The notes beneath the pieces were generated by a model. That model saw only the letters and a list, made by a program, of their open reading frames with translations. It made no database searches and was not told the DNA's origin. The position numbers and the translations under genes were made by a program. A DNA stretch of 64,000 nucleotides from an uncultured Legionellales bacterium (GTDB taxonomy: Bacteria > Pseudomonadota > Gammaproteobacteria > UBA1113): contig CAMFJL010000011.1 in the NCBI GenBank assembly GCA_945957175.1, positions 3,830-67,829 on the forward strand. Reading direction: 5' to 3'. Of the stretch, positions 51,744 through 61,547 are shown in pieces (the stretch's first letter is position 1; the number at the start of each line of letters is the position of its first letter).

Positions 51744-52134
51744 GCTGGTCCTTTTCATCCCTATGCTTTATCTCATTCCACAAGGCTAGCATTGTTTTAA
51801 AATCTTGACCGCGTAAATGTGAATATCCTTTATCTATTGCAATTTTTTTGAGTTTTGCCATTCTATCTCCAAACTTTTGATTAACACGCATTAATGTTTC
51901 ATCAGGCGAAAACCCCATAAACAAGCACAAAGACACCGCTGTATGCAACAAATCACCAATTTCTTCATGAATACGTGCCGTCGACTCTTGTTGCAGTATC
52001 GCTTCACGAATTTCCAAGCACTCGCTTTCTGCTTGCTCGATAATAGTCACTGCATCTGGCCAATCAAAACCGAATGCTCTGGCATCAGTTTCAATTGCTA
52101 TCAACTCATCAAGTGGGTGTAAATTTACAGTCAT
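51727..52134 (-). CDS. MazG-family nucleoside triphosphate pyrophosphohydrolase
   Basis: ECLEIREAIL...EEIGDLLHTAVSLC is the MazG EExxE/EIGD motif. The start is taken at MTVNLHPL. Confidence 0.7.
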   Translation of the reverse strand: MTVNLHPLDELIAIETDARAFGFDWPDAVTIIEQAESECLEIREAILQQESTARIHEEIGDLLHTAVSLCLFMGFSPDETLMRVNQKFGDRMAKLKKIAIDKGYSHLRGQDFKTMLALWNEIKHRDEKDQHDDKL

Positions 52135-52304
52135 TGTATTCTCAATACGAAACATGTCTACAAAGATTAACATGCTTAAGCCTAGCTCGCCAAGCTATGC
52201 ATGCTTAAGGCACTAAATTAACCCCACAAAGCCCTAGCCTTCATGTCAATCTTTGGCTATACTATGCTTCACCGCATTCCCCGGTACTGACAATACGTAC
52301 ACAC

Positions 52305-52381
52305 GGGCCCATAGCTCAGTTGGTTAGAGCAGAGGACTCATAATCCTTTGGTCCTAGGTTCAAGTCCTAGTGGGCCCACCA
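52305..52381 (+). tRNA. tRNA with anticodon CAU, most like tRNA-Ile2 (lysidine) but possibly elongator tRNA-Met
   Basis: GGGCCCATAGCTCAGTTGGTTAGAGCAGAGGACTCATAATCCTTTGGTCCTAGGTTCAAGTCCTAGTGGGCCCACCA. The cloverleaf is intact. The T-arm and variable region resemble ileX-type tRNAs. Confidence 0.85.
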
Positions 52382-52517
52382 TCTCATTATCCCCTTCTAC
52401 ACCGATTTACCCCTTACGTCTAGTCAAATAACAAACTCGAGAATAGTGCATATAGAGAAATAATGGTTACTATAGTAAGATAATACGATGCGAGGCTGAT
52501 ATGTAGTACTTTTGTAT

Positions 52518-53549
52518 TTAAAGCAAACTAAATTCTGGGACTTTGAAAACGTGCGCTATAGATAAAGTAGTATCTAACATTCGATTAGCGAATCCCCATT
52601 CATTATCATACCAAGCGATAACTTTAACTAGGTTGCCAATTACTCTGGTCTCACTTGCATCAACGATAGCTGAAGCTGGATTATCGCTAAAGTCTGATGA
52701 AACAAGAGGCAATTCACTATACACCAACGTTTTTTTTAAAGACTTTTTTGATGCTTTCTCTAAAATACGATTAACAAACTCTGGAGTAGTAGGTTTTGCA
52801 GAAATAAATGTTAAATCTACCAAAGATACATTTTGGACTGGTACACGAACTGCATACCCGTCTAATCTACCAGCAATCTTAGGCAATACACTCTCAATAA
52901 CCGACGTTGCACCAGACTTTGTTGGTATCATAGATGGCATAACACTGCGAGCTCGGCGTAAGTCGTGATGGTTGCTATCTTGAAGCACTTGATCATTAGT
53001 TGAAGCATGAATAGTCACCATGAAGCCGCGCACTACGCCAATACGACGCATCAAAGGCTTAATTAAGGTAGCCAAACAGTTGGTAGTACAAGATGCATTA
53101 GATATGATGATATCATTTCCTTTTAAAACATTATGATTTACACCATATACAATTGTCGCATCCACTCCCTGGCCAGGCGCTGAAATCAGTACTTTCTTTG
53201 CACCTGCATGCAAATGGAGACTTGCTTTGTTGCGTTCGGTAAATCTGCCTGTACATTCATGGACTATATCTGCTCTTACACTTCGCCAGGGAAGCTTGGA
53301 TGGGTCAGATTCAGAAAACATGGGAATAACATCATCATTAATAATGATATTGCTATTGTTATAACTTATGTTTCCGTTAAATTTACCTCGTATACTATCA
53401 TGCTGAGTTAAATGTACATTAGTTTTTACATCTGCTAGATCATTTATTGCAACAATTTTAATAATATTACGGTATTTGCTTTCATAAAGTGCTCTTACAA
53501 TATTACGACCTATGCGACCGTAACCATTAATGGCAACTCTAATAACCAT
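52518..53549 (-). CDS. Glyceraldehyde-3-phosphate / erythrose-4-phosphate dehydrogenase family enzyme
   Basis: INGYGRIGRNIVRA (NAD binding), SNASCTTNCLA (catalytic Cys) and WYDNEWGFANRMLD. This resembles a Gap/Epd type I enzyme. Confidence 0.85.
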   Translation of the reverse strand: MVIRVAINGYGRIGRNIVRALYESKYRNIIKIVAINDLADVKTNVHLTQHDSIRGKFNGNISYNNSNIIINDDVIPMFSESDPSKLPWRSVRADIVHECTGRFTERNKASLHLHAGAKKVLISAPGQGVDATIVYGVNHNVLKGNDIIISNASCTTNCLATLIKPLMRRIGVVRGFMVTIHASTNDQVLQDSNHHDLRRARSVMPSMIPTKSGATSVIESVLPKIAGRLDGYAVRVPVQNVSLVDLTFISAKPTTPEFVNRILEKASKKSLKKTLVYSELPLVSSDFSDNPASAIVDASETRVIGNLVKVIAWYDNEWGFANRMLDTTLSIAHVFKVPEFSLL

Positions 53550-53582
53550 CAGTCCTCCCTAAAATCAAATATGATTTAATCT

Positions 53583-55274
53583 TCAAAGTTCGGCGCTTGC
53601 GATGCTGTTCAGTCTATTAAATAAACGATCCTGCTCAAAAATAGAAATAACATCCCATAGATTAGGAGCACCCGTTGTGCCACAGATAGCAACTCTAAAA
53701 AGCATCATAATGTCGCCGATGTGGCCTTTATAGTTAAGTTTATTTTTATTAAACATACTAATTGACTCAGCATAGTTATATTTAACAGCTATAGACTTTA
53801 GAATAGAAAGCCATGTTTCTTTAGTAATATCTTTGTTAAAAGCATTTAAAAAATCTTGGATTATTGAACATCTATCAAGCTTATTAATGTTTTCAGGAAA
53901 TGAAGATATTTTGTATTCATTAAATAATTCATCATATATAAAAAATATTTTCGGTTTAATATCTTTCCATGTAGTAAACCGCTTACTATTCTTTTGAACT
54001 TCTCGTTCAAGATTTAAAGCCATTTTGGTTAGTTGTGGATATTCCATCATCAGAAATGCAAATTCTGGATCCCATTTATTCGACCACAATAAAGCATTAT
54101 TATATATCTCTTCAATGCTCATATGGCTTATAATTTCACGACTGATATTTTTTAGTTTGTCTAGATCAAAGAGAGCGCCATGATTAGAGAATTTACTAAA
54201 AGAAAAGCTAAAACCATCTATTTTGTAGTCTAAGTTATTTTTATAAAACTCTTCAAAAGAGGAATCCATCAAATGAAGTAAATATGCAATAACAGATTTT
54301 TCAGGAAAACCATTTTCAATAAAAAATAAAATATTGGCTTCATTATCTTTTCTTTTTGATAGCTTTCTTCTTATCATATGTCCATCTATTTCTTCCTCTT
54401 TTTCTATAGGTGCAATATGTGCATAATTTGGTGGTGCCCACCCAAGCATATTAAATAATTGAAGATGTACCGGTGTAGATGATAGCCATTCGTCTCCTCT
54501 AATAACATGCGTTGTTTTCATGAGGTGATCATCTATAACATGAGCCAAATGGTATGTAGGAAAGCCATCAGATTTTAATAAGATAATATCATTATCATTT
54601 TCTGCCATAGCAATATGACCTTTTACTAAGTCATGCCATTCTATTTTTTTTATGCCATTTCCTGTAGATTTTAGTCTAATAACAAAGCTTTCTTTATTTT
54701 CTAACGCTTCTAAAATCTCATCTTGCCTAGCATTACGCCATTTTGCCCAAGGTCCATAACACCCTGTCTTCATTTTAAGCAGCCTTTGCTCTGTGCGAAT
54801 ATTATCCAGCTCTTCTGTTGTTAAAAAGCAAGGATATGCTAGTCCGTCTCTTACCAACTGAATAATGTAGCTCTTATAGATGTCTTTTCTATTTGTTTGT
54901 ATATATGGTCCATATAGACCATTTTCTTTGAGCATGTTGTCACACATGCTCAGACCTTCATTATGTATGATGCCAAATTGAAGTAACATATTTACAATAA
55001 GCGTAATCGTATCTTTCTGACTTCTGACTATATCCGTATCTTCGATACGAAGGAAAAAAACGCCTTTAGATTGCCTTGCCATAAGCATATTAATTAACGC
55101 TGTATATATACCACCAATATGCAAAAAACCTGTAGGGCTTGGTGCAAATCGTGAGACAATAGCAGTTTCTTGTAAGCTTCTTTCTGGATATAGCTGCTCA
55201 AAGAAATCAGCAGAATGTATCTGATGTGCATCAGAAAAAAGTTTATTGATAAGTAATTCTGTTGTCATATTCAA
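53583..55274 (-). CDS. Glutamyl-tRNA-synthetase-family paralog, a class I aaRS catalytic core with a long divergent C-terminus
   Basis: RFAPSPTGFLHIGGIYTAL...FFLRIEDTD is the HIGH region. KLSKRK is a KMSKS-like motif. The protein is 563 aa and its C-terminal half is unlike the canonical GluRS anticodon-binding domain. Confidence 0.7.
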   Translation of the reverse strand: MNMTTELLINKLFSDAHQIHSADFFEQLYPERSLQETAIVSRFAPSPTGFLHIGGIYTALINMLMARQSKGVFFLRIEDTDIVRSQKDTITLIVNMLLQFGIIHNEGLSMCDNMLKENGLYGPYIQTNRKDIYKSYIIQLVRDGLAYPCFLTTEELDNIRTEQRLLKMKTGCYGPWAKWRNARQDEILEALENKESFVIRLKSTGNGIKKIEWHDLVKGHIAMAENDNDIILLKSDGFPTYHLAHVIDDHLMKTTHVIRGDEWLSSTPVHLQLFNMLGWAPPNYAHIAPIEKEEEIDGHMIRRKLSKRKDNEANILFFIENGFPEKSVIAYLLHLMDSSFEEFYKNNLDYKIDGFSFSFSKFSNHGALFDLDKLKNISREIISHMSIEEIYNNALLWSNKWDPEFAFLMMEYPQLTKMALNLEREVQKNSKRFTTWKDIKPKIFFIYDELFNEYKISSFPENINKLDRCSIIQDFLNAFNKDITKETWLSILKSIAVKYNYAESISMFNKNKLNYKGHIGDIMMLFRVAICGTTGAPNLWDVISIFEQDRLFNRLNSIASAEL

Positions 55275-55365
55275 CCTTTAACATGGAGCGATTAAAATAT
55301 AAATTACTTCTTGAGTTAATTACCAAAGGACAATGCGGCAACACTGCCCTTTGTGCAGAAGAAGT

Positions 55366-56022
55366 CTAAGAAAATTCAAGCGTGCTAACTCTACTAGAGC
55401 CCCCAATACCTGTTGAAGGTGAGTGATAAAAAATACTACTTGAAGTGCCAGGTAAAGAAGCGCCATCTACCGTTAGACTTGGCTGTGGTAATATCTCGGC
55501 TGTTTTTTTAATCTCTGCCAATGTTTTTGCTTGATATAGTTTAAGCATCACTTCGTGCATAGCCTCTTCATTACCTATACCTATATCTTTAGCAAGAGAA
55601 GCATCTGACACAAAAGTTATCTTATGTTTGCGCCTTCTTGCCTCTTCTAGTGTAGATAAACAGCACATGACAGAGTTATACCCTATCATATAAATCTTTT
55701 CATCCGTACCAGATGCAATCTCATCCATTCGACTTGAAAGTTCTGTATTTGAGTAACAAGAAAAATCATTTTTCACATAATGTTCTTCACCAACTAACGG
55801 CTCAAATCCATCTACAAATTTGAAAAACGGTTCATTTGGATTAAACCTTGGTGCAGAGGGACCATTAGAATGCTGCACATGAATAATGCGCCATGCATTC
55901 TCTCTTGCATGCGTCAACATCTTTTTACAATTTTCAATGCTGTGGTCTATATTATTAAGGTAAAAGGGTCGTTCTTCTGTTGTATATTCTTTTTGAATAT
56001 CAATTAAAAGTAAAGTAGGCAT
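55366..56022 (-). CDS. Isochorismatase-family cysteine hydrolase
   Basis: LLLIDIQKEY...; the start is chosen at MPTLLLIDIQ with an AAGGAG RBS 7 nt upstream. The catalytic-type Cys is in ...YNSVMCC.... Confidence 0.65.
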   Translation of the reverse strand: MPTLLLIDIQKEYTTEERPFYLNNIDHSIENCKKMLTHARENAWRIIHVQHSNGPSAPRFNPNEPFFKFVDGFEPLVGEEHYVKNDFSCYSNTELSSRMDEIASGTDEKIYMIGYNSVMCCLSTLEEARRRKHKITFVSDASLAKDIGIGNEEAMHEVMLKLYQAKTLAEIKKTAEILPQPSLTVDGASLPGTSSSIFYHSPSTGIGGSSRVSTLEFS

Positions 56023-56149
56023 AATAGTAACTCCTTGATTCATTTTAAAGCTAAAAAATTTCTGTTGTGAAGCAATATTCTTAAATTTAAGAAAATTATT
56101 AAGATATCTCATCAAAAAATTTCCTTGTTGTTTCAGTATATGGATTAAA

Positions 56150-57115
56150 TTAAGCACGCTTAGCATTGGCGGATGAAGCATTAGCTAAGTTATGCATACG
56201 TTTACGTTGATATAGATTATTTAATATCAATGCAACTGCCGTAAATGTGATCCCAACCAACTGTCCACTTGCAGGTACAATACCTTCAAAGGTTGACAAA
56301 ATAAATGCTGTCACAGGCACCACATCCATAAATAACACACCATTGAGAGGAGTAATAATCTTATTACCTTGGTTCCAACAAAGAACGCCAACAAAACCAG
56401 CAATTAACGCCATATAAAGCAACTCTGGTGTCACGTTTGCAACAGTTGATGCGGATGGAAAACTTATTGCACCTGAATAGCCTAAGATAGCTGTAACAGC
56501 ATATATGGTTGGTAATCCAAATAGTGTACTAAGCGAGGTGTATTTAATGGGGGACCATTTAGGAAAGTAGGATGCACCAATAGTATAAGTTACCCAACAT
56601 AAGGCTCCTGCTACCATCAATACATTGGCTTTATAATTACCAGGATTTGAAAATATGAGTCCTAGATGACCTTTGGTTATAACGAGCAATACACCTACAA
56701 ATGATAATAAAATAAAACCAAAAGAAAAACTTGGTGGTCTCACGCCTTTAAGTGCCCAATTTACAAGTGAACCTAACAACGGCATCGTAGCCATCATCAT
56801 AGAAGCACTTAATGCACCCTCTGGCCCAGCAAGTTGTTGTCCAAAAAAAACGAAAAAGCCAAAACCTGCAAATCCAGCAGAACCAAAAAGCCAAAGAAGT
56901 AGTAAATTACCATCTAAACGAAAGGACGTAGGTCCTTCCTTTATATATTGAAATATCAGAAATATTGCCCCAGCAATAGTGTATCGAAATGCAGTAAAAG
57001 TAAATGGATCAATTACTTTTAAAGCTTTTGTCATAATAGGAAACATGGTTCCCCAAGACAGTGTCGCTATCAAACATAGCATGACGCCTGTAGCATAATT
57101 GCTCTTAGTTGACAT
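56150..57115 (-). CDS. EamA/DMT-superfamily transporter
   Basis: A protein with 10 TM helices and duplicated EamA halves. Confidence 0.7.
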   Translation of the reverse strand: MSTKSNYATGVMLCLIATLSWGTMFPIMTKALKVIDPFTFTAFRYTIAGAIFLIFQYIKEGPTSFRLDGNLLLLWLFGSAGFAGFGFFVFFGQQLAGPEGALSASMMMATMPLLGSLVNWALKGVRPPSFSFGFILLSFVGVLLVITKGHLGLIFSNPGNYKANVLMVAGALCWVTYTIGASYFPKWSPIKYTSLSTLFGLPTIYAVTAILGYSGAISFPSASTVANVTPELLYMALIAGFVGVLCWNQGNKIITPLNGVLFMDVVPVTAFILSTFEGIVPASGQLVGITFTAVALILNNLYQRKRMHNLANASSANAKRA

Positions 57116-57130
57116 AATAAAATCTCCAAA

Positions 57131-58591
57131 TTAAGGTGAAACAGATAATAACGGTTTAATTTTTCCAGTTGGAGTATAATCAAGACTTTGGACTACACTA
57201 ATATCAACTTTTTTGATATTAAATGAATCTGTGATTTTCTTTACCTCCATTAAGATCAAATCTTGAGGGTAATAACCCTTCAAAGTTAAGTAAATATGTA
57301 ATGCACCTCCATCGTTAGTTTCAAAAGCGAACACACCAGATATATAATTCAATTGTAATAATTGATTCTCTAATAAATAAATATTTATTGGCTTAATGTT
57401 ATTGGATGTTTTTCTCTGGCAAAGAAACAAGTAACCATCATTATCTATATAACCATAGTCAGAGGTTACAAGAAAATGTTTACCCTCATGTTCAATAAAA
57501 TTTGTTTCCGTATTAAGATATCTATCCATATTCATATAGCTATGAATTGCAACCTTACCTATTGCGCCATTAGAGATTGGGTTGTTTTTTTCATCTAGCA
57601 TAATAATGTTATTCCCATCAAAGACCTTACCTACACTACCTGGATGTGATAAAGACTCTTGTGGCGTTAATAACGTATTTATTCCTGTCTCAGTAGTACC
57701 ATAGTACTCATATAGGATGTACCCTAGTTTATTAATGACAGTTCTTTTAATATTTTCATGACAATTCTTTCCGCCTGTAATAATAAATCTCAGATTGTTT
57801 AAAAATTTATTTGCAATACTCTCATCAATTTTATCTACCATTTGATGCAGAATATTTGTTGATAAAAGCATAGTAGAAACTTTATATGTATATATAGCAT
57901 CACAAAGATTATATGAAGTACTAAAATTATGAATAACTACTGTTGCTCCTATGCTTAAAAAAAGTTTAAGCCATCCTATCGTCGAAACATGATACATAGG
58001 CAATACTGCTAAATGTACATCACATTCACTAAAATTATACATATCTACTAAGTAATCAAACCGTCTTTTTTCAGATGGCGTTGTTCTATAAACGATTTTA
58101 GGTACACCTGTTGTACCAGATGTAAACGCATAGCTTCTAAAGGGACGTTCATGCCTGATATATTGATGCATTTCATAGGAAACACTATTTGCCTTTGCTG
58201 CATGTAGATATTCTTGAATAGGATAAATTTTTACCGTATCGATCAAATCAGAAAATCTATTAATAAATTCATCTGATATAAAAATATGCTTTACAGCGAG
58301 CTGTTGAATTAAAGTTCTAATAATCTCAATGCCTAAATTATAATCCACGCCTTGAAATGGTATGCCAAGCGTTGTAAAGGCTGCCCCTAATAATAAAATA
58401 TCGGATGAATTTCTTGAAATGAACAAGATAGGTTCAGCCGAACTTTCCTCTGTCAAGGTATACGCAGCAGCAATAATTTTTTTAGTCAAGTACCTAAATT
58501 CATGCCATGTAATTTTATTGTTATCATCAAATATAGCAATCTTGTTTGGCGTTTTTTCACTAAACTTCAATATGGTTTTATAGTTAATCAT
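57131..58591 (-). CDS. AMP-dependent synthetase/ligase (adenylate-forming enzyme)
   Basis: FTSGTTGVPKIV is the AMP-binding P-loop. A YGTTE-like motif and a C-terminal ...GKI.. lysine are present. The start is taken at MINYKTIL, which avoids overlap with the upstream gene. Confidence 0.75.
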   Translation of the reverse strand: MINYKTILKFSEKTPNKIAIFDDNNKITWHEFRYLTKKIIAAAYTLTEESSAEPILFISRNSSDILLLGAAFTTLGIPFQGVDYNLGIEIIRTLIQQLAVKHIFISDEFINRFSDLIDTVKIYPIQEYLHAAKANSVSYEMHQYIRHERPFRSYAFTSGTTGVPKIVYRTTPSEKRRFDYLVDMYNFSECDVHLAVLPMYHVSTIGWLKLFLSIGATVVIHNFSTSYNLCDAIYTYKVSTMLLSTNILHQMVDKIDESIANKFLNNLRFIITGGKNCHENIKRTVINKLGYILYEYYGTTETGINTLLTPQESLSHPGSVGKVFDGNNIIMLDEKNNPISNGAIGKVAIHSYMNMDRYLNTETNFIEHEGKHFLVTSDYGYIDNDGYLFLCQRKTSNNIKPINIYLLENQLLQLNYISGVFAFETNDGGALHIYLTLKGYYPQDLILMEVKKITDSFNIKKVDISVVQSLDYTPTGKIKPLLSVSP

Positions 58592-58601
58592 AAAATATCT
58601 C

Positions 58602-60005
58602 CTATTTAATTTGAAAAACAGAAACTCCACTTTTTATCTTGTCATTTATTGCAAGATGAGTGCCATTATTAATTGACTCTCCTGGTGCAAGCAAAGGAAC
58701 GCCAGGAGGATATGCTATGATGAAGTCATCATCATTTATTTGATAGATATGATGTGACTTTGCATTAATAGCTAACGTTTTTAACGCATTTATTAATTTT
58801 TCAATATGAGACCATGAGATGCCAACATGTACATTTATTAAAAATGTCTTATCTGTATATCGATTAATATATATCCCATGGTGGTGATATAAATACTCTT
58901 GTAATGCAGCACCACCCATGCCTAAGTGTCTAATATCTAAGTGGATTTTTAAGGGGTCATGAGTATAAGTGTTATCAGAAAGAGCTGCTAAATTCTCTTT
59001 ATTACTCTTATGTTGATAATTTTTTAATAGTACATCTGTCGCTATTGCATGCCGTAATGCATCTGCATTTTCAAGTGCTTCACTCAATAAATCTTCTCCA
59101 CAATTTTGCATTTGTGCTCTTGCCATATCGATAGATGCAAGTATTGGATAGTTAGGCGAAGTTGAATGATGTTTAAATCTCGATTTATATAATTTTTGTG
59201 TTATTTCTGTACTGGCGAAGCTATGAATAAGAGAAGCCTGGCGTAAAGCCATAAGTGACTTATGGGCTGACTGTGTTGAAATAATATCGACTAGTTGGGC
59301 TAATTTTGAGGCTGCATAACCTGCTGTGTACTTATACAGGTCAGGATGAAAATAAAACGCACAAGACCAACCTTCATCTATAATAAACTTAGTTTTTGGT
59401 GAAATTGCATGAACTTGCCTTATTATCTCATAAACATTTAATATAATACCATCATAACTGGCAGCATTTAAAATGACAACATCATATTGTAACTTCTCAT
59501 TTTTAATTTTATTTAATATATAATCTATTTTAATATACTTTCTTCCGGTATCTTCGCAGTATGCCTCACTATAAATATAATCGAATCGCGCACTTGTATC
59601 TTTAACGGCAAAATGCATGGACTGATGACATTCTCTGTCTAAAAGTACGAAACTTGAGGCATTAATTAATGCGTCCACGACAATACGATTGGAAACTGAA
59701 GTTCCGCAAGTTGTAAATAGAGTTTCATTCGCTTGGAAAGCAACAGCAGCATAATCTTGAGATTTTTTTATACATCGCTTTGGATAGAAAAATGAATCAA
59801 ATGCATCATTTGTGATGGTGGTTTCTAAAGAAAAATATTTTTCACCAAATATATGCCGAAATTTGTCAAAATACTTTACACTAGAGTTTATATGGAATAT
59901 TGGCAAAGCATGAAAGTTCGCCACCAATTGCTTTCTATTTTTTAGAAGGCAGTCTACAATCGGTGTTTCCCATTTTTTAATATTTTTTCGTGTTTTACGC
60001 TTCAT
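58602..60005 (-). CDS. PLP-dependent decarboxylase of the Orn/Lys/Arg decarboxylase (fold I) family
   Basis: ...FTTCGTSVSNRIVVDALI...DRECHQS...STQSAHKSL carries the PLP lysine in an SxHK motif. It is 467 aa. Confidence 0.65.
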   Translation of the reverse strand: MKRKTRKNIKKWETPIVDCLLKNRKQLVANFHALPIFHINSSVKYFDKFRHIFGEKYFSLETTITNDAFDSFFYPKRCIKKSQDYAAVAFQANETLFTTCGTSVSNRIVVDALINASSFVLLDRECHQSMHFAVKDTSARFDYIYSEAYCEDTGRKYIKIDYILNKIKNEKLQYDVVILNAASYDGIILNVYEIIRQVHAISPKTKFIIDEGWSCAFYFHPDLYKYTAGYAASKLAQLVDIISTQSAHKSLMALRQASLIHSFASTEITQKLYKSRFKHHSTSPNYPILASIDMARAQMQNCGEDLLSEALENADALRHAIATDVLLKNYQHKSNKENLAALSDNTYTHDPLKIHLDIRHLGMGGAALQEYLYHHHGIYINRYTDKTFLINVHVGISWSHIEKLINALKTLAINAKSHHIYQINDDDFIIAYPPGVPLLAPGESINNGTHLAINDKIKSGVSVFQIK

Positions 60006-60069
60006 AATTGGTCTCCTACTTTACAGTTACCCTATATCCTATTCATTACTTCATCTTTAATAACAAAAT

Positions 60070-60276
60070 TTATTTCTTCAATGATCGCATTAACTCAGAG
60101 ATATCTTCACATGCTTCCCATGAAAGCCCGAGCGTGCTAATTAACTTTTCCGCCATACGGACTTGTTTATTATTGGGTTCAATATTGCCAAAAAGTTCAA
60201 CAAGACCTATAGCTTGAGCGGTGAGGCGATATGACTCCAGCTCATATAAATTACTTCTAGATAGTTCATTCATCAC
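60070..60276 (-). CDS. Small hypothetical protein, first gene of the minus-strand operon
   Basis: A 68-aa acidic ORF 64 nt upstream of the decarboxylase. No family was recognised. Confidence 0.35.
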   Translation of the reverse strand: MMNELSRSNLYELESYRLTAQAIGLVELFGNIEPNNKQVRMAEKLISTLGLSWEACEDISELMRSLKK

Positions 60277-60854
60277 AGTTCTCCGTTACATTAACAATGT
60301 CATTATTAAGTAATCACAATTTATGTAGTCACTAGTCCGTTAGATTCATAAATTAAAACCAAACAATATTTATCGATAAGCTTTTGATATTACTAATGAC
60401 TATTCCAATATAACTGGGTGTTTATAGTGCATTCATTAGTCGCTTATACTAGTACTGCCCCTTTGATAGTTTAATCAACATTATAGGTTGTTTATTTCCG
60501 ACTTACAACAACACAATACAACACAAAATGTTGTTTGTAAATAGATAAAGATAAAATTTTTCATTTATATAAATTTTATGTAAATAAGGAAGTAGCGCTA
60601 TATATCAGGACTTTTCCTATATTTTAAATAAGAAATTAATCTATTCATTAATAAATAAATTTCTTGCGAATTTTCAAAGAAAAGTCGAGCAAGGTTGCTT
60701 AAAACAAAGATAAACGTTGTTTTAACTGATATAATCGCGCTATGAATTTATAAAAACACAAAAAAGAGTTGTTTTTTTGATTTGTTCGTGATATCTTTAA
60801 CAAGTACGTTGTTTCTGTGAGCGATCTTTCCGAACCTAGAGGGTTTCATTAAAA

Positions 60855-61523
60855 ATGGTATTGAATATTGATGCACAAAATAAAGCTTCAAGGTTAAAAG
60901 CTGCAAGGGCTCTTGCCGGTTTATCACGTCGACAGATTGAAGAGGTCTATGGCATAAGCGTTAATACACAAAGAATGTGGGAAGACCCAAGAGAGGGGAA
61001 AGGTGGACTTACTGAAAAAGGAGCTATTCGAATAGTCGAAGCCCTAAAAATGAATGATGTTATTTGTTCTTTAGAATGGCTCCTCTATGGGATAGGTCAA
61101 GGCCCGAGAAATTATACTGATGTCGCAGATAACGTAGTAAAACCTTTGCAATCGTTCATAAATATTCCAGAAATTGATTGGGGACGAGATGAAATTATTT
61201 TCGAAGAAGTTAATTTTTTTATTCAAGTAAATCCTCAACCGATCACTCTTCGAATGGCTGACGATAGCATGGAACCCATACTAAGTATGATGGATTTTGT
61301 GGCTGGCAATAAATGTTATGATAATTTTTCACATTTATTAGGCGAAATATGCATTGTTGAGACTAAAAGTAATTTGACTCTATGCAGACGTCTTGATAGA
61401 TCTAAAAACGAAAATTTATATAATTTATCTAGCATTAACCCTAAGACCAGTGCGGAAGTGCCAATTCTCTACGATGAGGCTTTACATTCAGCAGCAAAAG
61501 TTATTTGGATTAGAAAGCATTAG
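60855..61523 (+). CDS. LexA/cI-like repressor with an XRE HTH and an S24 peptidase domain
   Basis: N-terminal HTH (LSRRQIEEVYGISVNTQRMWE). The C-terminal part has ...LRMADDSMEP... (S24 catalytic Ser context) and a downstream Lys. Confidence 0.65.
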   Translation: MVLNIDAQNKASRLKAARALAGLSRRQIEEVYGISVNTQRMWEDPREGKGGLTEKGAIRIVEALKMNDVICSLEWLLYGIGQGPRNYTDVADNVVKPLQSFINIPEIDWGRDEIIFEEVNFFIQVNPQPITLRMADDSMEPILSMMDFVAGNKCYDNFSHLLGEICIVETKSNLTLCRRLDRSKNENLYNLSSINPKTSAEVPILYDEALHSAAKVIWIRKH

Positions 61524-61547
61524 GAAAAAATTTTTAGGGATGAAAGA

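Noticed and set aside
60277-60854. A 580-bp AT-rich intergenic region with short direct repeats (acaacacaatacaacacaaaatg), considered as a possible small gene or mobile-element end
   Set aside because: It has no ORF with an RBS, no terminal inverted repeats and no target-site duplication. It is most simply a shared divergent promoter region for the two flanking operons.
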